64,000 bases of DNA. It comes from Thermodesulfobacteriota bacterium (GTDB lineage: Bacteria > Desulfobacterota > Dissulfuribacteria > Dissulfuribacterales > QOAL01). Positions within the stretch are counted from its first letter, which is position 1. Every line of letters begins with the position of its first letter. The stretch is taken from contig JAADCZ010000144.1 of assembly GCA_013154175.1 (NCBI GenBank), forward strand, positions 6,928 to 70,927, in the 5' to 3' direction. Of this stretch, positions 46,345-55,306 are shown piece by piece. The notes under the pieces were generated by a model. It worked only from the letters and a program-made list of their open reading frames with translations. It had not been told where the DNA came from and ran no database searches. Both the position numbers and the translations under genes were made by a program.

Positions 46345-47346
46345 TTAAAGGTTCAGGGCGGTAATTAGATCCAGCAGACGTCTGGAATAGCCATACTCAT
46401 TGTCGTACCATACCTGTACCTTGACGGTATCTGACTGGATAACCCTGGTTGAAAGTGCATGTACAATGCCTGAACGGGGGTCATCTATGATGTCCACAGA
46501 GACCACCTCTTCCTCTGTGTAGCCCAAGATCCCCTTAAGAGGGCCTGCCGCAGCCTCTTTGAAGGCATTGTTGACCATCTCTTCCGTGACGTTGGTTTTG
46601 AGCACGGCACTTATATCCGTAAGGGCTCCGTCTGGAATGGGAACCCGGACTGCCAGTGCCCTGACTCTGCCCTCGAGTTCAGGTAGTACCCTGGTGGTGG
46701 CAATATCGCTGCCAGTGGAGGTTGGTATGAGAGATACAGCCGCTGCCCTGCCTCTGATTCTTTTCTTGGCAGGCTTGTCCACCAGTCCCTGGGATGCAGT
46801 GTATGCGTGAATGGTGGTAACCAAGACCTTTTCAACCCCAAAGTTGTCATGCAAGACCTTGAGTGGTGGGGCAAGGGAGTTGGTGGTGCAAGAGGCGTTT
46901 GAAATTATGAGATGTTTGTCTGGGTCAAATTCATTCTCATTGACCCCAAGGACAACCATCCAGTCGGCATCCTTTGAGGGGGCACTTATGATTACCCGTT
47001 TGGCTCCAGCCTCCAAGTGTTTGGCAGCAAGCTCCCTTTTGGTGAATCTTCCTGTACACTCGATAACGATGTCGACGCCAAGATCCTTCCAGGGAAGCTT
47101 GGCGGGTTCCTTTTCTGAAAAAATGGTGATCTTTTTATCACCAAGCTGGATGTAGTCTTCGCCGCAGGAGACATCAAAGGGTGCCCTGCCGTGCACTGAA
47201 TCATACTTGATGAGGTAGGCCAGATCCTCGGTTGGCACCAAGTCGTTGGCAGCCACTATCTCGAAGGCGTCTGGATTCATGTCCATGTAGTGTCTAAGAA
47301 CGAGTCTGCCTATCCTGCCTAGGCCGTTTATTGCAATCTTCTTCAT
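46345..47346 (-). CDS. gap: Type I glyceraldehyde-3-phosphate dehydrogenase
   Basis: It has INGLGRIGR, the active site SNASCTTN and WYDNEYGYS. An AAGGAGGA RBS lies upstream. Confidence 0.95.
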   Translation of the reverse strand: MKKIAINGLGRIGRLVLRHYMDMNPDAFEIVAANDLVPTEDLAYLIKYDSVHGRAPFDVSCGEDYIQLGDKKITIFSEKEPAKLPWKDLGVDIVIECTGRFTKRELAAKHLEAGAKRVIISAPSKDADWMVVLGVNENEFDPDKHLIISNASCTTNSLAPPLKVLHDNFGVEKVLVTTIHAYTASQGLVDKPAKKRIRGRAAAVSLIPTSTGSDIATTRVLPELEGRVRALAVRVPIPDGALTDISAVLKTNVTEEMVNNAFKEAAAGPLKGILGYTEEEVVSVDIIDDPRSGIVHALSTRVIQSDTVKVQVWYDNEYGYSRRLLDLITALNL

Positions 47347-47734
47347 ACTGTTTTTCCTCCTTGATTTAAAATTTTTTGTGACATCATGGGCAATTTGCGT
47401 CCCTTAACGATAGATGTGATTTGCACCATGATGGAATTTTTTTGGCGTGGCTTAGGAGCAGGGAACTCTACAAAGTTACCGTTGCATGCTTGGCCATGCT
47501 GAAGATACGCTATATACGAGCCCTCATGGCGTCAAGGTGGGTGGGCGAAAAGTGGCCAGTTGTCAATGTTTATTTCTAATGATTTTAGGTGGTTAAGATT
47601 TTTGTTCCTTGAAACTGGCCGGTTCGTGTTTAACGTAATTCTTAGTCAAAGGAGTTTGTCTCGCCCCTAAAAGTGTCAAATGAAGTCAGATGACACCCTT
47701 GTCACCTGACCAGTCCAACTCAAAGGAGCACGCC

Positions 47735-50326
47735 ATGGCTCAAACAAGTTCTTCAACCATTTCCCAGCAAGTCAAAACCAAGGTAGAGGGTGGTTCAGCC
47801 TCCAAGGAACGTCAGACCACCATTGAGAAACACCTTAGTGAGGCCGAAATAGAGAAACTTCTCCAGTCCCTCCAGACCAGTCTCAATGGATTGAGTTCCG
47901 AAGAGGTAAAAAGGAGGCTGGCCAAGTATGGGCCCAATTCAATCGAAGAGAAAAAGGTCAACCCCATACTGAAATTTCTCAGCTACTTCTGGGGCCCGAT
48001 TCCCTGGATGATTGAAGTGGCGGCGATTCTGTCCGCCATTGTTCGTCACTGGAGTGACTTTGCGATAATTTGTGCCCTGTTGGTTTTCAACGCCGTGGTT
48101 GGGTTCTGGCAGGAGTACAAGGCGGACAATGCCATTGAGGCCCTAAAAAAGAAGCTAGCCCTGAAGGCCAGGGCATTGCGGGACGGAAAGTGGCAAGAGG
48201 TTGATGCTGCCACCCTCGTCCCAGGGGACATAGTAAGGCTGCGTCTTGGCGATATCGTGCCTGCCGATGTCATCCTGCTGGATGGAGACTATCTGAGCAT
48301 CGACCAGTCTGCCCTGACTGGAGAGTCCCTGCCTGTGAGCAAATCAAAGGGGGACAGCGCCTTTTCCGGTTCCATAGTCAAGCAGGGAGAGATGGTAGCG
48401 GTTGTCGTTGCCACTGGAAAGAATACATACTTTGGCAAGACTGCCCAGCTTGTCTCCACGGCCAAGACGGTCTCCCATTTCCAAAAGGCGGTCCTCACCA
48501 TTGCCGACTATCTCATCTATGTCTCCCTAGCCCTTGTCGCCGTGCTCATCCTGTTCCAGCTCCACAGGGGTGATCCCTGGCTCGAGCTCGTCCAGTTTGC
48601 CCTGATACTCACGGTTGCATCCATCCCTGTGGCAATGCCTGCGGTTCTTTCAGTAACCATGGCGGTTGGAGCACTGGCCCTTTCCAGGATGAAGGCCATT
48701 GTCTCAAGGCTTGAATCCATCGAGGAAATGGCAGGGATGGACATCCTTTGTTCCGACAAGACTGGCACCCTGACCAAAAATGAACTCACCCTAGGCGAGC
48801 CCGTGACCATTGCCGCCAAGGACAAGGACGAACTCATCCTCTATGCCGCCCTGGCGAGCAAGGAGGAGGATGCCGATGCCATAGACGGGGCAATACTTGC
48901 TGCCCTTAAAGACAAAGGTGTCCTCAAGAGATTCAAGCAGCTTCATTTCATACCCTTTGACCCTGTCAGGAAACGCACCGAGGCGGAGATTCAAACAGAA
49001 GACGGCAAGGTGATAAGGGTGACAAAAGGTGCCCCCCAGGTCATCTTGGAACTGGTTGGTCCAGATGAAGACACCGCCAAGAAGGTGCAGGAGGTCGTAA
49101 ACAAGTTTGCAGAAGAGGGTTACAGGACCTTGGGTGTGGCAGTATCCAGGGATGGAAAGACGTGGGAACTCCTTGGCATCCTGCCCCTTTTCGACCCGCC
49201 AAGGGAGGATTCTGCAGAAACGATTCGACATGCCAAGAAGTATGGAATCACCGTCAAGATGGTTACAGGAGACAATCTGGCAATAGCGAAACAAATAGCC
49301 AGAAAGTTGGGCCTTGGAACCAACATAAAACCCGTATCCGCCTTCCTTAAGGATGATTCTCAGGAGGATCTTGTGGATGCGGCTCCGGAAATAATCGAAG
49401 AGGCGGATGGTTTTGCAGAGGTCTTTCCAGAGCACAAGTTTGCCATTGTTAAGGCCCTTCAGAAAAAGAATCACATTGTGGGCATGACAGGAGACGGCGT
49501 AAATGATGCCCCTGCGCTAAAACAGGCGGACGTGGGTATTGCAGTGTCCGGGGCCACAGATGCGGCACGGGCCGCTGCTGACCTGGTTCTTACAGCCCCT
49601 GGGCTCTCTGTGATTATTCGGGCCGTTGAAGAGGCCAGGAAGATATTCGAGCGCATGAATTCCTATGCCATCTACAGGATTTCCGAGACCATTCGAATCA
49701 TGGTCTTCGTTGTCCTCGCAATGATTTTCTTCAATTTCTACCCAATTACTGCCATCATGATAATCCTGCTGGCCTTCCTTAATGACGTGCCCATAATGAC
49801 CATTGCCTACGACAACACCAAGCTGAACCGGGAACCTGCCCGGTGGGACATGGCCGAGGTCATAACCATAGCCACGTCCATGGGGATTGTTGGAATCGTG
49901 GGGAGCTTTGGAATGTTGCTCCTGGCCCTGGACTGGCTCCATTTAGATGTCGCACAGGTCCAGACCTACGTCTTCTTGAAGATGGCCGTGGCAGGCCACC
50001 TGGTGCTCTTTGTTGCAAGAACCAAGGGGCATTTCTGGGAGAAACCATATCCAGCCCCAATCATGATATGGTCCGCAGTGGTTACCAAGGTTGCAGGTAC
50101 ACTGATAGCAGCCTACGGATTTGGTCTGATTACACCAATCACATGGCCTGAGATAGCCTTGATTTGGGCTTACTCCATTGCCTCAGCCTTTGTGACAGAC
50201 CTTGTGAAGGTGTATGTGTACAGGCGGTTCGATGAACTAAGAAAGGGCAAACATAAATTCCATCTCTTTGTCAAAAAAGAGATAACACCCCACGCAAAAT
50301 GGACCAAAAAGGTATACAAGACTTGA
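47735..50326 (+). CDS. P3A-type plasma-membrane proton-efflux P-type ATPase
   Basis: It has CSDKTGTLTKNELT, MVTGDNLAIAKQIARKLGLGTN and GMTGDGVNDAPALKQADVGIAV. The A-domain is colinear with plant/fungal H+-ATPases (LRDGKWQEVDAATLVPGDIV...DQSALTGESLPVSK). An AAGGAG RBS precedes the ATG at 47735. Confidence 0.85.
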   Translation: MAQTSSSTISQQVKTKVEGGSASKERQTTIEKHLSEAEIEKLLQSLQTSLNGLSSEEVKRRLAKYGPNSIEEKKVNPILKFLSYFWGPIPWMIEVAAILSAIVRHWSDFAIICALLVFNAVVGFWQEYKADNAIEALKKKLALKARALRDGKWQEVDAATLVPGDIVRLRLGDIVPADVILLDGDYLSIDQSALTGESLPVSKSKGDSAFSGSIVKQGEMVAVVVATGKNTYFGKTAQLVSTAKTVSHFQKAVLTIADYLIYVSLALVAVLILFQLHRGDPWLELVQFALILTVASIPVAMPAVLSVTMAVGALALSRMKAIVSRLESIEEMAGMDILCSDKTGTLTKNELTLGEPVTIAAKDKDELILYAALASKEEDADAIDGAILAALKDKGVLKRFKQLHFIPFDPVRKRTEAEIQTEDGKVIRVTKGAPQVILELVGPDEDTAKKVQEVVNKFAEEGYRTLGVAVSRDGKTWELLGILPLFDPPREDSAETIRHAKKYGITVKMVTGDNLAIAKQIARKLGLGTNIKPVSAFLKDDSQEDLVDAAPEIIEEADGFAEVFPEHKFAIVKALQKKNHIVGMTGDGVNDAPALKQADVGIAVSGATDAARAAADLVLTAPGLSVIIRAVEEARKIFERMNSYAIYRISETIRIMVFVVLAMIFFNFYPITAIMIILLAFLNDVPIMTIAYDNTKLNREPARWDMAEVITIATSMGIVGIVGSFGMLLLALDWLHLDVAQVQTYVFLKMAVAGHLVLFVARTKGHFWEKPYPAPIMIWSAVVTKVAGTLIAAYGFGLITPITWPEIALIWAYSIASAFVTDLVKVYVYRRFDELRKGKHKFHLFVKKEITPHAKWTKKVYKT

Positions 50327-50356
50327 TAAAGGGGCCCAGTTCATTTTAAATAGATA

Positions 50357-50438
50357 TGCCGCCTCCGTTTCCAAAAAGCGGGTCCAGGGGCGGAAATTGT
50401 GATAAAAAGCAATTTTCGCCCCTACCCGCGGCGGTTTT
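50357..50438 (+). terminator. Structured 3' element / probable terminator after the ATPase gene
   Basis: A 13-bp hairpin GGGGCGGAAATTG-N10-CAATTTTCGCCCC (50386-50421) is nested in an outer CCGCC/GGCGG pairing, followed by TTTTT (50434-50438). Confidence 0.4.
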
Positions 50439-50681
50439 TGGGGAAATAAGGCCAGGTCCAGACTGATTTCCTAAAAAATTCCATGCCCCCAAGGCGGGCG
50501 CCATCTGAGAATTTTTCAAAAATCAGATACACCCTGCATGAAATCAACTAAGCCCTCTTCCTTGGGCCCCTTGTGATTGATAGCATATGCAAAACATGTT
50601 CCAAAAGGGCATCCCCTCTGGCTCGCAGGAAACATCAAACCAACAGGCTCCATTTTTCAAATTTTCTTGTGCCAATAGTTT

Positions 50682-50697
50682 TGGTATTCATCTTGCT
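50682..50697 (+). promoter_or_regulatory. Possible sigma-54 promoter
   Basis: TGGTATTCATCTTGCT has correct GG-N10-GC spacing and a good -12 TTGCT, but the -24 box is TGGTAT rather than TGGCAC. It lies 62 nt upstream of the ATG at 50759. Confidence 0.3.
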
Positions 50698-50758
50698 TTT
50701 CAAAAACGATGATTTTCTGTGTAACTTAGTGATTTTATTAGTGTTGTAGGAGTTTTTC

Positions 50759-52318
50759 ATGAAGAATGCCATGGTGCACGGGCGTATGAGGCCCTTAATT
50801 GTTTTAATGGTCCTTTTGGGGTTGAACTCTTTTTTAACGCCTTACCACTTAGGTTTCAGAGGGAAGGCTTTTGCCTATAGTGATTCAGGGAGCAAGCCAG
50901 GGATAGGAATTTTTACTGTCTTGAGGGATGACCCGGTGAGCGGGCTCTTTTACAGGGCCTTACTTCGATACGATGAAGCTCAAAAAAGGTACTTTATAAA
51001 GGGCTGGGTAAGGGGTTATCCGTGGCATGATTCGATCACATCCACAGTTTTCTGGATAGGCGAGTCGGCAGGGGATGAAAACGGATGGATAGGCAACAGT
51101 GACAGTGCCTGGGACGAGCAGTGGCTTGAGCACTACGGAGGGGTGGATGATCCATATAACAGAAACGGATATTTCCCAGCAGGGTTCATCCCAGGTGAAA
51201 ATCCATTTTATGTAGCCTTGCCTTACGACGATTTGGACGAGCTGGGCAACAAAAAGCCCGATGCCTTTTCTCATGTGTACTGGCGGTCCAGGGAGGATAT
51301 GAATAGCCCTGGCTCTGTCTTGAAGGACAGATGGGTCAAAATAAAGAAGGGCGAGGGCACGGTTTATGCCCAATGGGAGGATGTAGGGCCCTTCGGTGAG
51401 GATGACTGGCCATACGTATTTGGAAAGGCACTTCCTGCCAATCCCATAAATGACAATGCAGGCATCGATGTCTCACCAGCAGTCAGAGACTATCTGGCCC
51501 TTGAAGACATAGACAAGGTGAACTGGCAGTTTGTGGATTTCGATGCAGTGGAGCCCGGGCCCTGGCTTTTTCATGTAAATGTGACTGGCCAGGATTGGTA
51601 CAGGCCCCTTGCAGGGGCAACCTTTTACTGGCAGCTTCAGGGTGACATAGTAGAACCCACCGGGGCTGATATTTATGACATCGATCTTTTCGATACACAA
51701 AAAGCCATCATCGACAGGCTCAAGGCCCAGGGCAAACGGGTGATATGTTATTTTTCAGCCGGCAGTGCAGAGTCGTGGCGCCCAGACTATTCCTTGTTCA
51801 GCCAGGGGGAACTAGGTCTCAGTCTCCAAGGGTGGCAGGGGGAGCAGTGGTTGGATATCCGTTCCCAAAATGTGCGTGCCATAATGGCTAAGAGGCTCGA
51901 TCTCGCTGTGGAAAAGGGGTGCGATGGCGTCGAGCCAGACAATATCGATGGATTTTCCAACAATACGGGCTTTCCTCTCACCTACGAAGATCAGCTTTCC
52001 TACAATAAGTTTTTGGCACGCGAGGCCCACAAGAGGGGGCTTGCCATTGGGCTAAAGAACGATCTGGAGCAGGCACGGGATCTTGTGGGTTATTTTGATT
52101 TTCTCCTTATGGAAAGCTGTTTTGACTATGAAGAGTGTGACCTTGCATGGCCCTTTGTGGAGAGTCTGAAACCTGTCTTTGATGTTGAATATGGGCTAGA
52201 GGGTGAAGCCTTGGCGGAAGAAAGAAGAAGATATTGCGAGGAAGCCTCAACCCTAGGGATCGAGGTCATGTTTGCCAACTGGGATCTGGATGGAAGTTAC
52301 TGGGAGTCTTGCCAATAG
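50759..52318 (+). CDS. Secreted two-domain protein: N-terminal RlpA/DPBB-like region plus C-terminal GH114 (endo-alpha-1,4-polygalactosaminidase-like) domain
   Basis: It has a signal peptide. The C-terminal half carries YWQLQG...DIDLFD...RVICYFSAGS.E.WRPD...WLDIR...GCDGVEPDNIDG...GLKND, typical of GH114. The N-terminal segment WVKIKKGEGTVYAQWEDVGPF...IDVSPAV resembles double-psi beta-barrel proteins. Confidence 0.7.
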   Translation: MKNAMVHGRMRPLIVLMVLLGLNSFLTPYHLGFRGKAFAYSDSGSKPGIGIFTVLRDDPVSGLFYRALLRYDEAQKRYFIKGWVRGYPWHDSITSTVFWIGESAGDENGWIGNSDSAWDEQWLEHYGGVDDPYNRNGYFPAGFIPGENPFYVALPYDDLDELGNKKPDAFSHVYWRSREDMNSPGSVLKDRWVKIKKGEGTVYAQWEDVGPFGEDDWPYVFGKALPANPINDNAGIDVSPAVRDYLALEDIDKVNWQFVDFDAVEPGPWLFHVNVTGQDWYRPLAGATFYWQLQGDIVEPTGADIYDIDLFDTQKAIIDRLKAQGKRVICYFSAGSAESWRPDYSLFSQGELGLSLQGWQGEQWLDIRSQNVRAIMAKRLDLAVEKGCDGVEPDNIDGFSNNTGFPLTYEDQLSYNKFLAREAHKRGLAIGLKNDLEQARDLVGYFDFLLMESCFDYEECDLAWPFVESLKPVFDVEYGLEGEALAEERRRYCEEASTLGIEVMFANWDLDGSYWESCQ

Positions 52319-52386
52319 CAAATTTTTTTAGTGATGAAGAGGCAGGTCTTCAAATCGCTTCTTTGAAGTCTTGGATAACCTGCCCC

Positions 52387-54978
52387 CTATGATTTCAATA
52401 TCTCCCTGATCTTGTAGGTCAGTTCATAGATGGTGAATGGCTTTAGAATGAAGGCAGTGCCATTTTCAAGCACCCCGTGGTTGGCAATGACATTTTTGGT
52501 GTAGCCAGACATATATAACACCTTTAGGTGTGGGAATTTCTTTCGTGCAAGGTTGTAAAGCTCCTTGCCGTTCATGCCTGGCATGACAACGTCTGTGAGC
52601 AAGAGATCCACCGTGCCTTCATATCTGTTCAAGAGGGCGAGAGCGTCTTCGCCGCTGATTGCCACGAGAACCCTGTACCCCTCCTTTTCCAGCATTGTCA
52701 TGGTGAGATTTCTGACCGCCTGGTCGTCTTCGACCAACAGGATGGTTTCACTTGCCTTTATACTCCTGGGCAGGACTTGCCTTTCCTTCATGGCCCTGGC
52801 CCTTTCCGTGGCGTCAAGGGCAGGGAAGTAGAGTTCAAAGGTTGTGCCCTTTCCTGGTTTGCTCCAGACATAGATGTGGCCACCGAGCTGTTTTACTATG
52901 CCGTAAACCGTCGCAAGTCCAAGTCCGGTTCCCTGCTCCTTGTTCCTGGTGTAAAAGGGCTCGAAGATATGCTGCCTTGTCTCTTCATCCATGCCACAGC
53001 CCGTGTCTGAGACCCGCAGGAGCACATATCTCCCCTTTTTTAGGCCTGGGTGGGTCTTTTCCATTTCATCACCCACATCGACCACCCTGGTTTCAATGAT
53101 GCACGTGCCGCCCCTGTCCATGGCATCCTGGGCATTGGCCACGAGGTTCATTATCACCTGTTGCAGCAGGCCGGTGTCGCCTTCTATGAGGGGCAGTGGT
53201 TTCGTAAATTTTATCTGAAGAACTATGTTTTCCCTGAGGGTGCGTCTAAGGAGTTTTTCCAGCTCTGCCAGCACGTCGTTGAGATTGACGGGTCTTATCT
53301 CTACTGTCTGTTTCCTGCTGAATGCAAGGAGCTGTCTCACAATGTCCCTGGCCTTGTTGGCGGCCTTTACTATCTGTTCCAGTTGTGACTTGCGCCTGTC
53401 CTGGTGATGGAGCTCCTGGAGTATCAGTTCGCTGAAGCCAAGGATTGGGGTAAGGAGGTTGTTGAGGTCGTGGGCCACGCCTCCAGCAAGCCTTCCGATT
53501 GACTCCAGCCTCTGGGCCTGCTGGAGCTGCGACTCCAGCCTGGCCTTTTCCTCATGAAGTTTTACATGCTCGGTAACATCCCTCTGCATGGAAACATATC
53601 TGATTATGTTTCCTGTTGAATCGAAAACGGGAAAGATAGTTACGTCAGCTGTGTAAAGGGAGCCGTCCTTTCGTCTGTTTATCACCCTTCCTTCCCATAC
53701 ACGGCCCCTTGCTATGGTTTCCCAGAGTTTTTTGTAGAAGGCATCGTCATGTTTTCCACTCTTCAAGATCCTGGGATTCTTGCCTATGACTTCCTGGGCG
53801 CTGTAGCCTGTCATGCGCTCAAAGGCCGGGTTCACATATTGGATATTGCCCGTGGGGTCGGTGATGATTATGGCATCGGCTGCATTTTCAACGGCAGAGG
53901 CGAGCATTTGCCGCTCTTCTTCGGTCTTCTTTATGTGGGTTATATCCCTTCCCAGGACCATGAGGCCCTTGCGCCGGCCATCCTTTTCAAACAGGGGGAT
54001 CTTGATGAGGTCAAAGACCCTGTAAGAGCCATCTGGCAGGGGTATGACCTTTTCCAGGCGCACAGATTGTCCTTGTTCCCAAGCCTCCTCGTCAGAGGCC
54101 TGGCAGGCACGTAAAATCTCCTGATAGTTTGGGTGGGCGTAGTTTGCCAGCTCCGAATCCTTTTTTCCCTTAAAATCCACATCTTCCAGCATGAATAGCT
54201 TTCGCCCGACCTTGTTGACCTCGAGCCAGCGGCCCTGGGCATCCTTGAAGCATATGATGTCTGGAGAGGCATTGAGCAGGGTGCGAAACTGCTCTTCCTT
54301 GGTCTTAAGACATTCAGTGGACTCATGAATCTTTTTGTATGAGACAAAAAGGCCTAAGAGCCCAAGGAGGCCAAAGGACAGATGGACGAGAACAATCCGG
54401 AATTTTTGTCTGTTTTGCTCATCAGCCAGAAGTGACACTGGTATGTAGGTGTAAAGCTTGCCTAAAACCCCCTGGGGAGTGCGCATGGAGGGCTGGTGAC
54501 ACTTGAGACACGGGCCCTGGGCATGGAGTGGGGTAAAGAATTGAAAATAGGTGCTGCTGCCCCGTTTGACCGTACCTTCCAGGACTGGTTTGTTGTTTCC
54601 TGGCTGCGGCAGTGCCGAGATCGCCCTGTTGATAACCGGGCTGAATTGGGGCATCTGTGGAAATTCACTGGTTATGTTGCACGACATCCCGTAAAGTTTT
54701 CTGGACAGGCTGCAAAATTGTTGCATGAAAGAGGCGGGATTCATGTGGGCCTGGTCCAGCTGGCGCGAGTTTGTCACATGCATTGCAGCCCAGCGAAGAA
54801 ACACGGTATCGTTTCGCAAAAGGGATTCGGCAATGATGAATGTTGCCTTTGCATAGGATTTTTTGACCTGGTTCAGTTCGTAAATGGTGGATGCAGCGAT
54901 TGCTAGGAGCCAGATGATTCCTAGGAAGAAAAAAGTGCGTGACAGACGGGTGTTGGTATTGGATTGTGATCTACTCAT
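52387..54978 (-). CDS. Hybrid sensor histidine kinase with periplasmic CxxCH (heme c, DUF3365-like) sensor, 2x PAS, HisKA, HATPase and REC
   Basis: It has a TM helix, a periplasmic region with CLKCH (nt 54496-54510), a second TM helix and PAS domains (DAQGRWLEVN; ITDPTGNIQYVNPAFERMTGY). It also has an H-box VAHDLNNLLTPILG, GTGLGLATVYGIVKQLGG and a receiver ILLVEDD...TDVVMPGMNG. Confidence 0.85.
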   Translation of the reverse strand: MSRSQSNTNTRLSRTFFFLGIIWLLAIAASTIYELNQVKKSYAKATFIIAESLLRNDTVFLRWAAMHVTNSRQLDQAHMNPASFMQQFCSLSRKLYGMSCNITSEFPQMPQFSPVINRAISALPQPGNNKPVLEGTVKRGSSTYFQFFTPLHAQGPCLKCHQPSMRTPQGVLGKLYTYIPVSLLADEQNRQKFRIVLVHLSFGLLGLLGLFVSYKKIHESTECLKTKEEQFRTLLNASPDIICFKDAQGRWLEVNKVGRKLFMLEDVDFKGKKDSELANYAHPNYQEILRACQASDEEAWEQGQSVRLEKVIPLPDGSYRVFDLIKIPLFEKDGRRKGLMVLGRDITHIKKTEEERQMLASAVENAADAIIITDPTGNIQYVNPAFERMTGYSAQEVIGKNPRILKSGKHDDAFYKKLWETIARGRVWEGRVINRRKDGSLYTADVTIFPVFDSTGNIIRYVSMQRDVTEHVKLHEEKARLESQLQQAQRLESIGRLAGGVAHDLNNLLTPILGFSELILQELHHQDRRKSQLEQIVKAANKARDIVRQLLAFSRKQTVEIRPVNLNDVLAELEKLLRRTLRENIVLQIKFTKPLPLIEGDTGLLQQVIMNLVANAQDAMDRGGTCIIETRVVDVGDEMEKTHPGLKKGRYVLLRVSDTGCGMDEETRQHIFEPFYTRNKEQGTGLGLATVYGIVKQLGGHIYVWSKPGKGTTFELYFPALDATERARAMKERQVLPRSIKASETILLVEDDQAVRNLTMTMLEKEGYRVLVAISGEDALALLNRYEGTVDLLLTDVVMPGMNGKELYNLARKKFPHLKVLYMSGYTKNVIANHGVLENGTAFILKPFTIYELTYKIREILKS

Positions 54979-55306
54979 AACAGCTGTTAGAAGCTAATGG
55001 GTAAGTTCTGTCTGGGTATTGGAAAATGAACTAAAGTCTCTGGGGCCTTTTCTTTTGTCAAAACCTGGACCCTTGGGTAGATAGCAAGTTGGTGTGTTAC
55101 AAACAATGCGATGAATAAGCACACTTTGAAAAAATTTCATTGTATGGTTTTTTTACTTTAACTTATAGCCGGATTTTTTCAAGCCGGGCTAAGGGGCATG
55201 AAAATTGGTTATTTTTTAAAAGGGGGCTTTTCTAGTAAATTTCTTGAATATTTTGTCTATTGAACGCTATTCTAAGAAGCCAGACAAGTCGTAGGGGGGA
55301 AGGGAA

